Source of the DNA: Tubulanus polymorphus
Lineage: Eukaryota > Animalia > Nemertea
Reading direction: 5' to 3'
Length of the DNA stretch: 64,000 bases
Assembly (NCBI RefSeq): GCF_964204645.1
Contig: NC_134025.1
Location: forward strand, 28,252,299-28,316,298
Below, one piece after another: positions 1-12,989 of this stretch; within the stretch, counting starts at the first letter, position 1; the number at the start of each line of letters is the position of its first letter. The notes beneath the pieces were generated by a model. That model did not search any database. It was given only the letters and a program-made list of their open reading frames with translations, and was not told the origin of the DNA. Both the position numbers and the translations under genes were made by a program.

Positions 1-168
1 AAATTTCATTGCAATTTACAAAAGTGACCCGGCCGATTAGGAGAAACAAGGTATCATTTTATTTCAGCTATTCTATTACAATACATTCCTAAACATTATA
101 GAATTAATCATTTATGCCTCTATTGCCGTTCCGTATCTGACAGACATTTGCGAATATTTCCATAGCCC

Positions 169-3100
169 TCATCGATATCTCTTATTCCCAACTGCCGGTA
201 CCGGTTGTTTCTTTTTGAATATCTTACTAAGATGTATCGTAGCTAAGGTATAAAGAACTGGATTCAACGCGGAATTGATTGGCATAACTACTATCGCCAT
301 CCACACCGACACCCTAGGATCGATAAAGATATCGTTCATTGCGCATGCGGCCAAGATGATGATTGGCGCCCAACAAATGATGTCACTAAAGACGAGCAAG
401 GCAGATCGTTCGGCTAGGCGGATTTCCCTCTCAACGTCAGATCTACCGGATCTTTTTCTGGTATACCGACTGAAGATATAAATGGATAGATACCCAAAAA
501 ATGTGATTAAAAGAGCGATTGTGTTAAAAACAATCACCGTAGCCAACTGATATTCCCAACCGACGATAGTTTTTCGACTAAAATTGATCTGTAAGCAAAC
601 GGCACTTAGACTGTTTGAGCCGAAATAGGGTATACCAGTAAGGGGCATTGCTGCAAAAATAATACAGGTGGCCCAGATCGTCGGTATCACGATTTTCTTA
701 ACATCCTTTATGTTTAAACGCCAAAACTTAAAGGCAAAAACTGTCACTAAAACCCGATCGATCGTTATTACGACTACGCTGATGAGAGACGATTCGCTGG
801 ATAACAATATGAGAAAACTGGCGAATTTACAAAGAGGACTACTTCTCCAGTTATCCGACTCGAGGAAATAATTACCACGTGTTGCCGTATCTTTAATAGC
901 AATGATCAATAGGTAAATTCCCATGAGAAAATCTGCAACTCCGAGATTTATGATCATCAAAGAAGCGACTGTAATCTTTTCACGCAGCCGCCACCCAACG
1001 ACAAAAATATTGCCGATCAATGTACAACCGACCATTACCCAAACGAGACCGTGTAAGAATTTATTCGATATGAGGTCATCACAGGAAGAGAATTCGTCTC
1101 TCTGAGGGGTACAGCTTTTAACCAACTTTGCGAGGCAACAATATTTAAAGTTTGACATTGAAATATCCGTTGAATTCAAATCGGAGAATGACTGTGTAGT
1201 TATACTCAATAAGTCATTCTGTCTCAAATCAAGCGTCCTCAAACTATGGAGCCCGTAAAATGCGTTATCTTCTATTGTTTTTAACCCACTGTTAGTCATG
1301 ACTAAGTGTTGAAGTCCGGATAACCCGTTGAATACCCCTGTGACCAACTTATCGATATTCAAATCGGATATGTTCAATGAACGAAGAGTGTAGACTCCTT
1401 CAAACACACCAGGGGTGATGTATTTTATGGGGTTACCCCTAACTATTATCTGTCTCAGATTTCCCAATCCAATCATACGAGGCATGTACGATAGATAGTT
1501 GTTTGTAAGTATGATTCGATTAAGATTCTTCATATGCGAAAAGAATGCGTAAGGAATAGCTGTTAAACCGTTGTGAGATAAATCTAGATAACCTAACAGT
1601 TTTAACTTACGTGTCTGAAGTTTCTCTAAAACGATTGAATTATAGCCGAGATCTAATGAACGTATGTTAGTGGAGTTGATAGCGAGATGTGTTAAATGTA
1701 GCCCCCTACAATTGACGGAATAACCACTGACTGGACATTCCATTACATTTTTAAAAATGAAATAATCGCAGAATTTCTCATCATCGGCAAACAATGGACA
1801 ATCGATTTTCCCATCACAAACCTCCGACACCGATACGCAGAAAGATTCTGCTCGACATGAGAACTGTCCCGGGCAGGAATTATTGAGCGGGCAATCTTTT
1901 TCATCGAATCCACCAATACAGTCCCAAACACCGTCACACATCTTCCGCAGTGGAATGCAATAAGACTGCGGGCATTTGAACATGTTTGGACATTGAAACT
2001 TCTTACAATTTCCAAGGTGATTCATGTGTCTACACGTGTCGTAACCAAATCGGTCCTGATCGTAAATACACGATAACGATCGTTTAAAACACTTTGTCGT
2101 AGAAAATCTTGAACATCTTGTTGAGTCCTCTCTATTACAGAATGCTTCGTTCGAAGGTTTTTGAGCTTCTTTTGGGGGAACTATAATTTCATGCCTAGGG
2201 AAAAGTCTTGGAACGTAAGATTGTGAATCCTCATCAATATCTAATCGAGTCTTACAATCAATAACGCCGTCATTGAAACGCGCTTCCGGCAAACATTCGC
2301 CCGTGTTGCACTTGGTTCCATTTCGACACGGATGAACTAGCCAGTTACAAACCTCATCGGAACCATCCAAACAGTCAGGCTTCAAGTCACATCGATGCTT
2401 GTTATCTATACACTCCCCAGAATAACATTGAAATTGGTCGACGTTATCACACTTAGGGTAAATGCATCCAATTTCGTCGGATCCGTCGGAACAATCAGAA
2501 TAACGGTCACAGTACAGCGACCAGGATACACAGTCTTGGTTGTTACACGTAAAGAATCTATCTTGCGGGCATTTACAATCGGTTTCGTCCTCGCCTGAGC
2601 TGCACTGCTCGATACCATCACAAACTCGAAACAACGCTATACATGTGCCATCGCCACATGTAAACTGATCGTCTTTACAAGCAAAAACAGTTTCTTCCGT
2701 CGGATTTGTTTCGCAGAGAACGTTCAAAATTCTCGGGTAAATGCTTACGACGCCGTCTTCGTCTTTAATGCTGTACGTAACTGGCGCGTCGGTACATTTG
2801 GTTTGTCGAACGCTCCAGTTTGGATCCGAGTTATCCCGCGTATCGAGATACAAACAGTCGGATTCGGATTTATTCGCCAGCCAGATACCACCATATTCAA
2901 ATCTATGTAACCAAATACCGATGTAAGCGTCGATCGACGGGGGAAGCAGATCGAGTCGGGTAACCTTTCCTCCGGCATACGACATGCACATATCTACAGC
3001 TGACCGGTAGGATAGCGGTGTCAGCAAATCTGCCGTTGATGACAAAACCACAAAACAGTGACCATCTACCCAGTTATAGCCCTCTGGGCATGTTCGGAAC

Positions 3101-4313
3101 CCAAACCTCAGACGGCTTAAACCGGATTGTATTTCGTGTTCCTTATTTTCTGGCTCTGATTGTTTTTCTGTTGAATCTGCTGAAAAATTGGCTTCTTTTT
3201 TGCACATATATGCGGCGTCAAGTTTGAAATTGCAAGGCAATTGGACCCATTTAGACTCCATGGTTGCTGACCGAAATACCATACCAACACATTCATATGT
3301 TGAACCATGAAATGGAAAAGGTTTGGTCGATCGAGAATTTAGTATTTCGACCTTATTTGGAATTTCTGGAAAATCCAAATCTGCTACTTTCAAACCCATC
3401 CTCCAGTTGTGATACGTATTTGGATTTCCATCGATCCATCGGAAGTTTATTATCTGAAAGAAAATGTTCAATCATTGTTAAACGAGGACGCACGACTTGG
3501 ATTTCTAGTAACGCATCATTATCGAATCGATTAGAAACGTACCTTGTTTTTGCCCGATATTTTTCTCAGACCGATATAGATAACGGTAGAGGTATCTTTG
3601 AATATACCGCCGTGGTATTCATGCATAATGAAATTGATGATTCCTGCCTCTGCTTCAGTTCTGATGGTCACGAGAAAGCCGTTCTGTTGTTGACAACTTC
3701 TCTTCGCTTCTTCCCACGTGATCTTTTTTTCAACCGGTACGTATAAACGAAAGCAGAAACCATCGTGCAAATGCCAGGAATTATTTTCGCACGCTTGGCC
3801 AGTAGTAGTTATAAGCGGGTTGATAGTTGGGTGAATCTGATATCGTAGAACCGCCGAGTTGCTCATCGAAGAACCCGTCAATGCTAATAATAGATACAAA
3901 CGGCCTGGATAAAAGAATCTTTGTGCTTGACGCGGTCTGTGGGCATTGATGCCGAAAACAGTAGCTCTTGTGAAATATAGATGATCGGAATAAAATGTTT
4001 GTTCCTGCATCATAAAAGTGGAGTCCCTGTCCGTCAATCTCAAGTTGATAATTTCTAACTCCATATATTGCCCTTGGCTGAAGATCTGAGGAATTTTCAT
4101 AAATGCTTTGCAGTTTCCTGATCTCAGGTAAAACGTTCCACATCGAGCAGTTTGATGCACGAAACCACACGTAAACGCAAGATCACAATGGCTATCGTTT
4201 CGCTCTCCCATCCATGAAAACGGACGACCTTCATCTAAAAAGCGACAAAATATTCCTAGAGGACTAGATGATAAAAACAGTAGAGCCTGTAGAGCCAATA
4301 GATACGAGATCAT
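169..4313 (-). CDS. GRL101-like leucine-rich-repeat GPCR (LGR): signal peptide, degenerate CUB-like region, two C-type lectin domains, ~7 LDLa repeats, LRRs, hinge, 7TM; ~1351 aa, 2 exons
   Basis: Exon 1 4313-3543 joins exon 2 3453-169 across a phase-0 GT-AG intron (3454-3542, AAG|GTAC...TTTCAG|ATA), restoring a CTLD (WEEAKRSC..YIGL..FRWIDG..W..LPC). LDLa repeats such as CDLKPDCLDGSDE, LRRs, hinge FKYCC..SSCDDL, TM2 NLGVADFLMGIY, DRV, and NSALNPVLY are present. Confidence 0.93.
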
Positions 4314-7300
4314 TTTGTCGTGTCTTGCTACTATACAATGAGCAGCGCAAAATGAATATCAGAAAATTTGCCAATGGTTCAACGAGTCATACTCTCAAAA
4401 TGATTGGTCATAAATGAATAATTGCTTTTCTCTTGATTAGTGCCTCTACTGAACGTCATTTCGTCAAACGTTTTCTTGCGATGAACAATGAACGAGAATG
4501 TACACTAAAGAGAAACCCACAATTTGAATGAAGGGTGTAGTTGAAAATGTCAAAACATGAATGGATGATTTCAGTGCAGCGAACAACACCCAAATATCAA
4601 TTTCATCCTTTAAACAATAAATGTTTGTCTTTGTTTGTTGGTTCATTCACTACTGGGCGTTACCATCAGCAATTTGCTCCCACATTCTTCATTGCAAGAA
4701 AGAAAAACATTCGAAACAAAGAAAGTCATTTACATCTTGTCTTCCTGGAAATGACGTGAAAACTCATCATCATAATCAAACTATTTGCAGTCCCGTCATC
4801 AGGTTAAATGAACAATCCTATAGGGTTAAATATTGTGAGAAATTAAGATCCAAACGACGTTAAGCAAAAACAAACTAACAGAAATGATCTACGTATTTGA
4901 CAGCGAAACTTCGATTGACTGATATAGATGGCATACGGTATCGAACTAGAAAACGATGTGAATGATTTTTGTCGTTTAAATCGACCAGGAACCAGCAGAG
5001 TGAAAAGACGTTCCGCCAACATAAATCGTTATTCGTGAGTACAGGATCATTATGATACTGAAACTGGCATCAGCGATTACAATGAATCCTTTATCACTGA
5101 TCATAAAGTGCTAAGATACTAAGTGGGATCGTTAATGGTCCATTAATCTAGCACCCGGGGATTACAGCCAGTCAAGGTCGAAGTGAATGCACTCGATCCT
5201 CTGTGAGAATACCTTTTACGTAGTAGGCCGGCTGGGTTCTTTTGCCCACATTTTGCACCTTAGCTATCATGTTACTCAATCCCTTACACCAGATTTTGCT
5301 ATAAATTTTAATGAAGGCATTATCAGTAGTTTGCAGCTGTTTGAAATCCATTTCTTATTATTCCATCAGAACGGAAGCCGAATGTGCTTAACTAAACCCT
5401 TATTTTGCAATAAATACATGACATTACATTCATTTCTAATGAGCAGGTCTCATCGGTTCTAATTATCATCGTATACGTTCAGTACATCGTAATATTATGA
5501 ACTATGATTGGTGCAGAAGCAGAGAAATTTGAAGGTTCGGATCTAAAGAAAAATGAAAGCCATTCCCCGGATAAATCAGCAACACGTAAGCCCACAAGGC
5601 CGTCGGGTTAGCGATCTTTGAGAATAAATCCACCCAAAAAGATGCCTAGACGATGAGCGTCACCTCTATAGGTTTTTACCTTCTCAAGAGAAAAGGAAGG
5701 CAGACCTCCAGAACGTCATTGTTGTTGCCGTTAGAAATAATTTCCTTTCATTACCTTTATGGCCAGTGTCTACTGTGACCCACGACAGCAGTCACAGGCA
5801 TTAATAAGTTTGCAGCCGGTTATTTTTACTCTAGTTTGGTTTACAGATAACCCGCAGTTGCGAACATGAAAAATCGAGCCATCAACAAAGTTTATAAATG
5901 AGAAAGAAATTGCGGAGATAACGTGAGTAAAGCAGCATGTGAGTGTATCTTAACTGAATACATTCCTCAAACTGCGGCTCTTGGTCTGATGTCAGTTCGC
6001 TTTCATCGCCAGTTACTGCTTGATAATAAAAGTAATTGTTTTTCGAGGTAAATTTGCGCGCGTTGCAGCCGCGTCAAATAGCGGGCGTTAATGATCAATC
6101 TCAAACGCCTTGGCCACACGAGGGTTGACGCGCTATTGAAGCCGATCATCAAACATCAAGAACTTGTTACCGAACTGAAATACCTATTTGGGATGCTGCG
6201 GTGATTTCTTAAGGATTACCTATCACTATGTTTGTCATTTTATTTATGTATGTTTCGATGATAAGTTTATTTGATAAGCCAAATGCGCTGATAATACCGA
6301 CGTACAACGGTAAGTAACTTTCCGTATTCTGTATCGATATATACGAATGAAATTTGCTAATGAAAAATGATGCCAAACAAAGAAATATAGAAAACGAATG
6401 AAATTACAAAATCTGTTGTTCAGAATGTGATGTAGATTTTCTTCGTCCGTATACATTACTAGTTCGGAACTTATAATAAGCAGTTTGATGGACAGGACCT
6501 GTTGATTTTGACAGCTGATATACAAATATATTTAGACGTATCTGAAAATGATGAATTTGTGACGAGATTCCGAATGTGTTTGCGCGCTTGAAAGACAAGG
6601 CACGTCCAAATAGTTAAACATGTTTGCAATGATTTTTGCTACGTGTTTGATCTAATATAGTGAGATAGCGGTTGATGATTTCTGACAGATCCCGTCATTT
6701 GACGGCAGTCTCAGATGATAAGTCCGCATGACATAGATTCTGATTAGGCTTCATCCGAAAACGAAACCAATTTGAAATTTGATACTCACAGTTTTTGACA
6801 GTTTCATTCAAAAGCTTCCGAAGCTTGTTACGCCGAGTTGAAAATAGAATAGAAAAAAAATCAGCTAAAACGATCATTCGAAAAAAGACCGAAATTTCTC
6901 TGTCTATTCTATAGATTCACTATGTTGATGAATATGATTTGACGATGTAGAATCTTTTCTGTAAACATAAGTGGAGGATTTTCATCAATCAAAATACGTC
7001 ACTTCAACCCGCTTTCTTATCTCCATTTCGTAATTTCAGTTTGAGTAATTATGTTGAAAAAATCTTGCATAAACGTGCATCGATACATTAATAATACATT
7101 GTCGAAGCATTTGAATCATTCATATAACGTGATATTGATATCATTTAGATATAACTGAAATATTCAGATATTTGATATCATATTATAAAGATGGAAATGC
7201 ATGCATGAAAGAAGTTGTCTTTGCGCATACGAAATATCCGGGATATCTATTTCATTTTATCAGTAATAATTCATAAATCAGGTAAATTGCCAATGGCTTA

Positions 7301-10300
7301 ATGAACTTATGCCATGATCAATTTCTTGAAAATCAGATTAGCATTTTCGTTGGATGACAAATAAACTAAAGATCTGATTGCTGCATAGCCCCGTTCGCAA
7401 GAAAGATATGTTAGCAATGTTATACTAGAATGTCACAGTGGAATATATAATATTAATGAGGGAGTAAATCTGTTATCGAGATTTCAGCTAATCGGATAAA
7501 CGTTGATTTGTAGCTTTTGGTAAATGAGACAGGCAAGAATAACGTCAGTACTTCGCGAACTGTTGCGGACCTATCGGGATACAACTAATAGCCACGTATA
7601 GAACACTCTGATGAGCCGCTAACCAACGATAAATGTTTGTTAGAATCCCGTAGAGTGGTCACCGCTTAGCAATAAACATAAACCATTTCTACGGACAAAT
7701 TACCTTAGACCGCTTGCCTGACTGCTGAGATATGTGTGCGTGGTTCTCTGATGTCAACCTATATTGATGAAGAGTCCCACGTCTATGTTGTGATTATACG
7801 GACGTCTAGACAAAGACGTAGTCCCTTCTTCTTATGAGATAAGTACACCGCAAATTGCGCCAAACAAGGTTGTCTCAATAGACTCATTCTATCGAATGCC
7901 TTAATCTTCCTTCATCGCAATCTGCATTAGTTTATAGAAATGCGATAGATTCGAACATACCGAAAGCGCCATTCATTGAAGAAACCCCTCAGTCCGTAGG
8001 ACTTGAATACGATCTGGTTTTGTCAATTAGAGATTGGCCAGCAATGTGAGAAATACGTATGCACGCCGTAAAAGGTATTAGATGTGTCGGGCTTCAGTGT
8101 CTTTCATGATGAAGAGAGTTTGTGGTTTATCACTTACTTAATCCCGTAAGATAAATGGTCGGGTTCATTTCTATTTAATATGTAAAAAGGTTTTTTCAAG
8201 ATTTTAATCTCATCTTTATTCTGTGTCACGGTGAGTTTGAAAGCTCAGAGGCTTCGATATATCATTTCAATACCATTCTGCGCTCAAAGGCACAGTTTCG
8301 CTTTGTTATATGTATGCAATATATCGGATGAAATTTGAGTTAATCCTATTGGAGTTGACGTGGAAGTCGTGAATTTCATCAAAAACCAACAAAGCAAAAA
8401 ATCATCATTGCACTATATTGTTTTCTTCTACAGAGTTCCTATTTTCGACTATTGTCCTCTTTCCCATATTTTTAGAATGAAACCTGTCCTGCTTTTTCCA
8501 TATTTATGCACTTGTACTTATTGCGTCGAATTAAATGTGCACGTTTTTTCTTGTCAATTATGGTAATAAATTTGCGTAATAACCATCGTGGTGTTCTGAT
8601 AACATGTAAAAACACAACGTTATTCATTCTAATACCCAATTCGAAAAAGAAAACCAAATTCTGCTTAAAGTAATCAATATATGTTATCGGTGGTATAGGT
8701 ATAGGTTATTTGAATGCATAATATTGGTACGTCTAAATAAATAAGTACGTCTTCAGCTGGTGATGATATTTGTGTAAAAAATCATCTTCCTGAACAAAAG
8801 ATCATGAGATGAATCGTACAATAGTCGATTCATTGAAAAGATGAATATGGTGTAAAAGATTGAAATGTGCAATCATGATGACATTTCAGAATCTGAAATG
8901 CGTCAAATATTCACTCAACAATACGTCAGTAGTATTTTATTTCTGTTACCTTGCACGCACAATTATCATTTATGTTTAATTATCTTTTTGTTCGGTTTTC
9001 TGCAGTATATTTCTGTACTATATGATTTACCTATAAATGGGACGTTTTTCTTTTATTGACTGCCGTCTTAAATGCAGTTGTAATTTCGTATCTTAAGTGT
9101 AGTGATTTTTTGTTTGTGTGTCATTTTTTCACAAAGCTCTTTCGGAATGAATGCTATTTTGATGATGAAACTCTGCCAAAGATCAGGCAGAATGCTAACC
9201 GAGAGTGGAGATTTCGTGTTTTAAATCCACTAATCAAAACGTTATCTGCTTAAAATGTCTCTTGAATTTTATGAATCGGAAACGACATATTCAGTTTAAT
9301 TGGGTAGTACGGAAATAACCCGTGCGTGATATCAGCCTATCAGTTATCTAGACTTTAATTAGAAGACGTAACGGTTTTCAGTGCCCTTCCATGTCAATTA
9401 TCAACTAACATTAACAAACCTTAATTACATCCACATCTTTGAAAAAAACACTACAAACTTCCTCTATCTGTTTAATGGATAAACTTTTCTTTCCCATTCC
9501 CAACTCGAATTCTTCATATTCCACTGCAGCGTGAAAACTCAATTTTGTCATGTCGTTGTATTAATGATAAGGCTTTGCAGTTTCTTATAGAATTAACTCT
9601 CGAAGCAACTTTTGTTTTAATGACGCTTTCTCGTTCTTCAAAGGAAATCGGTCGAACTGCCCAACGCTTACATCGCTCAAATCTTCAAAGAACCAAGATA
9701 GAATAGTTCTTATGAAATGTTATACTTGTGCATAATTCTAATTGACACTTCGAATTGACTCACACCATCTGAAGATGCACAGATAAACTCATATCTTAAT
9801 CTGATGATCGAGATTCTATACCCACAACTAATGAGAAATGTAAATCATGGTAATATTGTTTTGTGACAACTCTTATTTTAGTCGTGAAGTACAGATGCCT
9901 CCATCGCATCGCCAGCAGCTGTTACAGAAAATATGATATTTTCTTCGATCAATACATCGCTATATAGATATATAAAGATAGCTTTATCAATGATTTTTCG
10001 ATAAATGAAAACTGGAACTGGATAGTTGTAAATCACCGATGTAGGAATAAACTATTGTCCTGCGGCAAAAATCCAATTCATCATTTCGTGACCGTGAATC
10101 GAAGATAAACTCCTCTTCAACTCTTCGGTTATAACGAATTGGATTTTTTTTCAAATCGTGGCTCAAGAGAAGTTTTAGAATAAAGAAATATAAGAGGGTT
10201 CCAACGTAAAAGAATGTTCGGGGAAAACGGGGCTGAATATAAATACCGAAAGCCAAAAGTAGCAATTCTAGATGTCATACCGGGATTCATGTTGTTTCCG

Positions 10301-12748
10301 ACTGATACGAATTGTAGGCAATTCATGTACAAATAGGATGCTTCGGGATATACGTATATATGATTCTATCTATCTATTGAGTATAAAAAGCCATTACCAT
10401 ACAGTCGTTACCAGACACAAGCTTTTCATCATTCTTATTAAGCTCATTATACGGGTCAAAAATAGTCCAACAGTCGCCGACCGAAAGTCTCTCAATACGT
10501 TCAGATAGAAATGACATACCGTTATACACAGATTTATTAAACAAGATTGTTCTGATTGAAGCAGATAATTGTCTAGTTCTCTATTACTTTTTCGTCATAA
10601 CAACACGAAGAAATAATTTCACAAATCTCAATAAGAGATGCTAAACCACTATATTTTAAGCTGGTGTCCAGTGACTATTTTAAGCAAAGAGTTGATTGAA
10701 GCTAGATATTTTAAGAGATCACAGAAATCGGGCTTATTTTGATGTCATTCCATGATTAAAGCAAATGCTGGTGGCAATTTGTCGATGCAAAGGTCAACAC
10801 AAAATTGGATGAAATCCACGGACACTTATTTGATCCTTCGAGTTTTATTCGATTGGAAACTTTTAGCTAGATTTCTGTATACCGCGGATAAATTTGATTT
10901 CCGATCTGACGTTTACTCGTAGTTACATTTAGAACTCCATATGGCAGGTATACACCAATCATCTTGTCCGAATAATGTGTGTCGGATTGTCGGTAAATCG
11001 GACAATCATTTCTCCCGAAGGGTAAAAACCTGCGGTCCCTCGGTGTAATAATGTATGATCATTGCCAATATCAATATAATGATAGATAGAGCCGTTAAGG
11101 CAAAGGAGAGACAAATTTCTGAGAACAAATCTCTACTACTAATACCCTTTATGGCGAATGCTTATTTCGGGTATTTTATCAAGATAATGAACTAAAGGAA
11201 GGTGATTATGTAACGTGACCGGACTAATTACTACCGTCTTAGCGAACGAGATGAAAAAAGTGTTTTGAAGATATTTTTGTTTTATATTGGGCTTGCCTCT
11301 AGCTCATTGCGACTGTCTGCTAAAAAATCGATCATCCCAGAAGCATGTCTGGGTGTTAGTGATAAACCATCACCAGAGACAAGTTTACATGCTTTGGTTT
11401 GAATGGAATACGCCCTAATTTCTAAAACTGGCATAAGAAATTGATACTTTAGTCATAGCTGTCATAGCAATGTATACTGTCGGGTTATGATGTTATATCA
11501 ATCATCACTACCGGATCTGCAACACAAACTAACTTCCTTCCGTGCCCAAACTCGGGCAGTAAATAGTTCAATTCATTACTGGCCTTCATCTTTATTGCCT
11601 GCGGAAACGACCCTTGATTAAATATTGTATTCAGCTGTCTTATTGTTTATTGCGCACAGACACCATGACGTCATGAACATCGTCCACTGGCTAGACCGAT
11701 GAAAAACACATACAAAATTTCAAATTGATGCAACCACTGTTTCTGGTGCTATACGCCCTATCGCGAGGCGGCGATCTATTCTAAATCAAAAACATACAAA
11801 AGGAAACATCTCGGGTACATACTTGCATATTTTCACAGAAAAATTGTAAATTAGATATAGCTGCAAAGCAGCGATAACGGGTTTTCTGGATGCATGTGAT
11901 CGAAAGGAAAAATTAATTACCGGGTATTCGATGGAAAAAATAAAATGAGATGATTTGGATATTATCGGAGCAATCCTCTTTTTGGTTGAATGGTCTAACC
12001 CCAGTATAGTCCCCCGTGATTGGGAAATTCTCGGAGCCCTCCTTTATTTACTTACTAAATGACGTCACAAACAGTTATTTCGCCGGTGCTTTTTGTCTAA
12101 CAATTCAATTCAATTCTTTATTTACAGTAACCTAATAAGTAATTTTAAGTTTCAAATAGGATGGAAAGTACACGCAGACAATCTGTTGGTTCAGAGAGAC
12201 CGTTATTACAGTATCAATTTATACATTTCGTTTCGAAGCTGTCAGTTGCCGAATCTGAATGAAGATGAATTTTATTTGACGATATCGGCGGAAAATATAT
12301 AATAATAATAATAATCAACAGAATTTCAAGAGGGTTTTCGACGAAAGTCAGAAAACCCTAAATATGAAACAGATGCGTGTAAGGTGCCATCTTGGGAAAT
12401 TCCCATTATCATCTCATTTTCTGAGAACTTGATCGGTGTATAGGTCAGTGTTTGGTTATTCTTTCACGAGCCAATTTGATAGGAACGACTGAACTGGTCA
12501 CGTACTGAACTCCATCACGAGGCTAGGGTGGCTCCGAATCATTCGCGGTTCTTTAAGACTTAAAAAGAAACAAGGGAATTTTAGTTTTTTCCCTTGGAGC
12601 ACATATTCAAAGACGAAGATAACTCTCGATGTTATTCTGTCGAGTATTCGTTGGACCTTGCAACCTACGATATTTTAGTTCAACGCCATTAAGGATATTG
12701 AAAACCCGTAGATAACAAGAATAATCTGTTCTTTAAGTGAGTTTTTAG

Positions 12749-12989
12749 TTTCTACTGATCACAATTTCCCGAAATGAATTTCTCGAATTTACAATTCTAT
12801 ACGTTTTACTGCATGTTCTTTGTTCTGATGCCATTGGATATGACGTGTCGTATGAGCTTACCAACGATTCATCCAATCGAAATACCGAGTTTGAACACTC
12901 TGCTAATGATAGCCCACCTGCGTCGACCCGAATGTTAAATGATGCGCATGAAATATCAAAAGTCATAGTAAAAAATATGTTTCTTCGCC
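12749..12989 (+). CDS. Candidate upstream exon (signal-peptide-like) of the RXFP-like gene
   Basis: TTTTTAG acceptor at 12748, open frame containing hydrophobic FTILYVLLHVLCSDA, and a phase-1 GTAAGT donor at 12990 compatible with the LDLa exon. There is no in-frame ATG before the hydrophobic stretch, so this is tentative. Confidence 0.3.

Noticed and set aside
7600-7660. CTGATGAG followed by a stem, resembling a hammerhead ribozyme
   Set aside because: The required GAAA is GAAT and stems I/III do not register correctly; at most a decayed relic.
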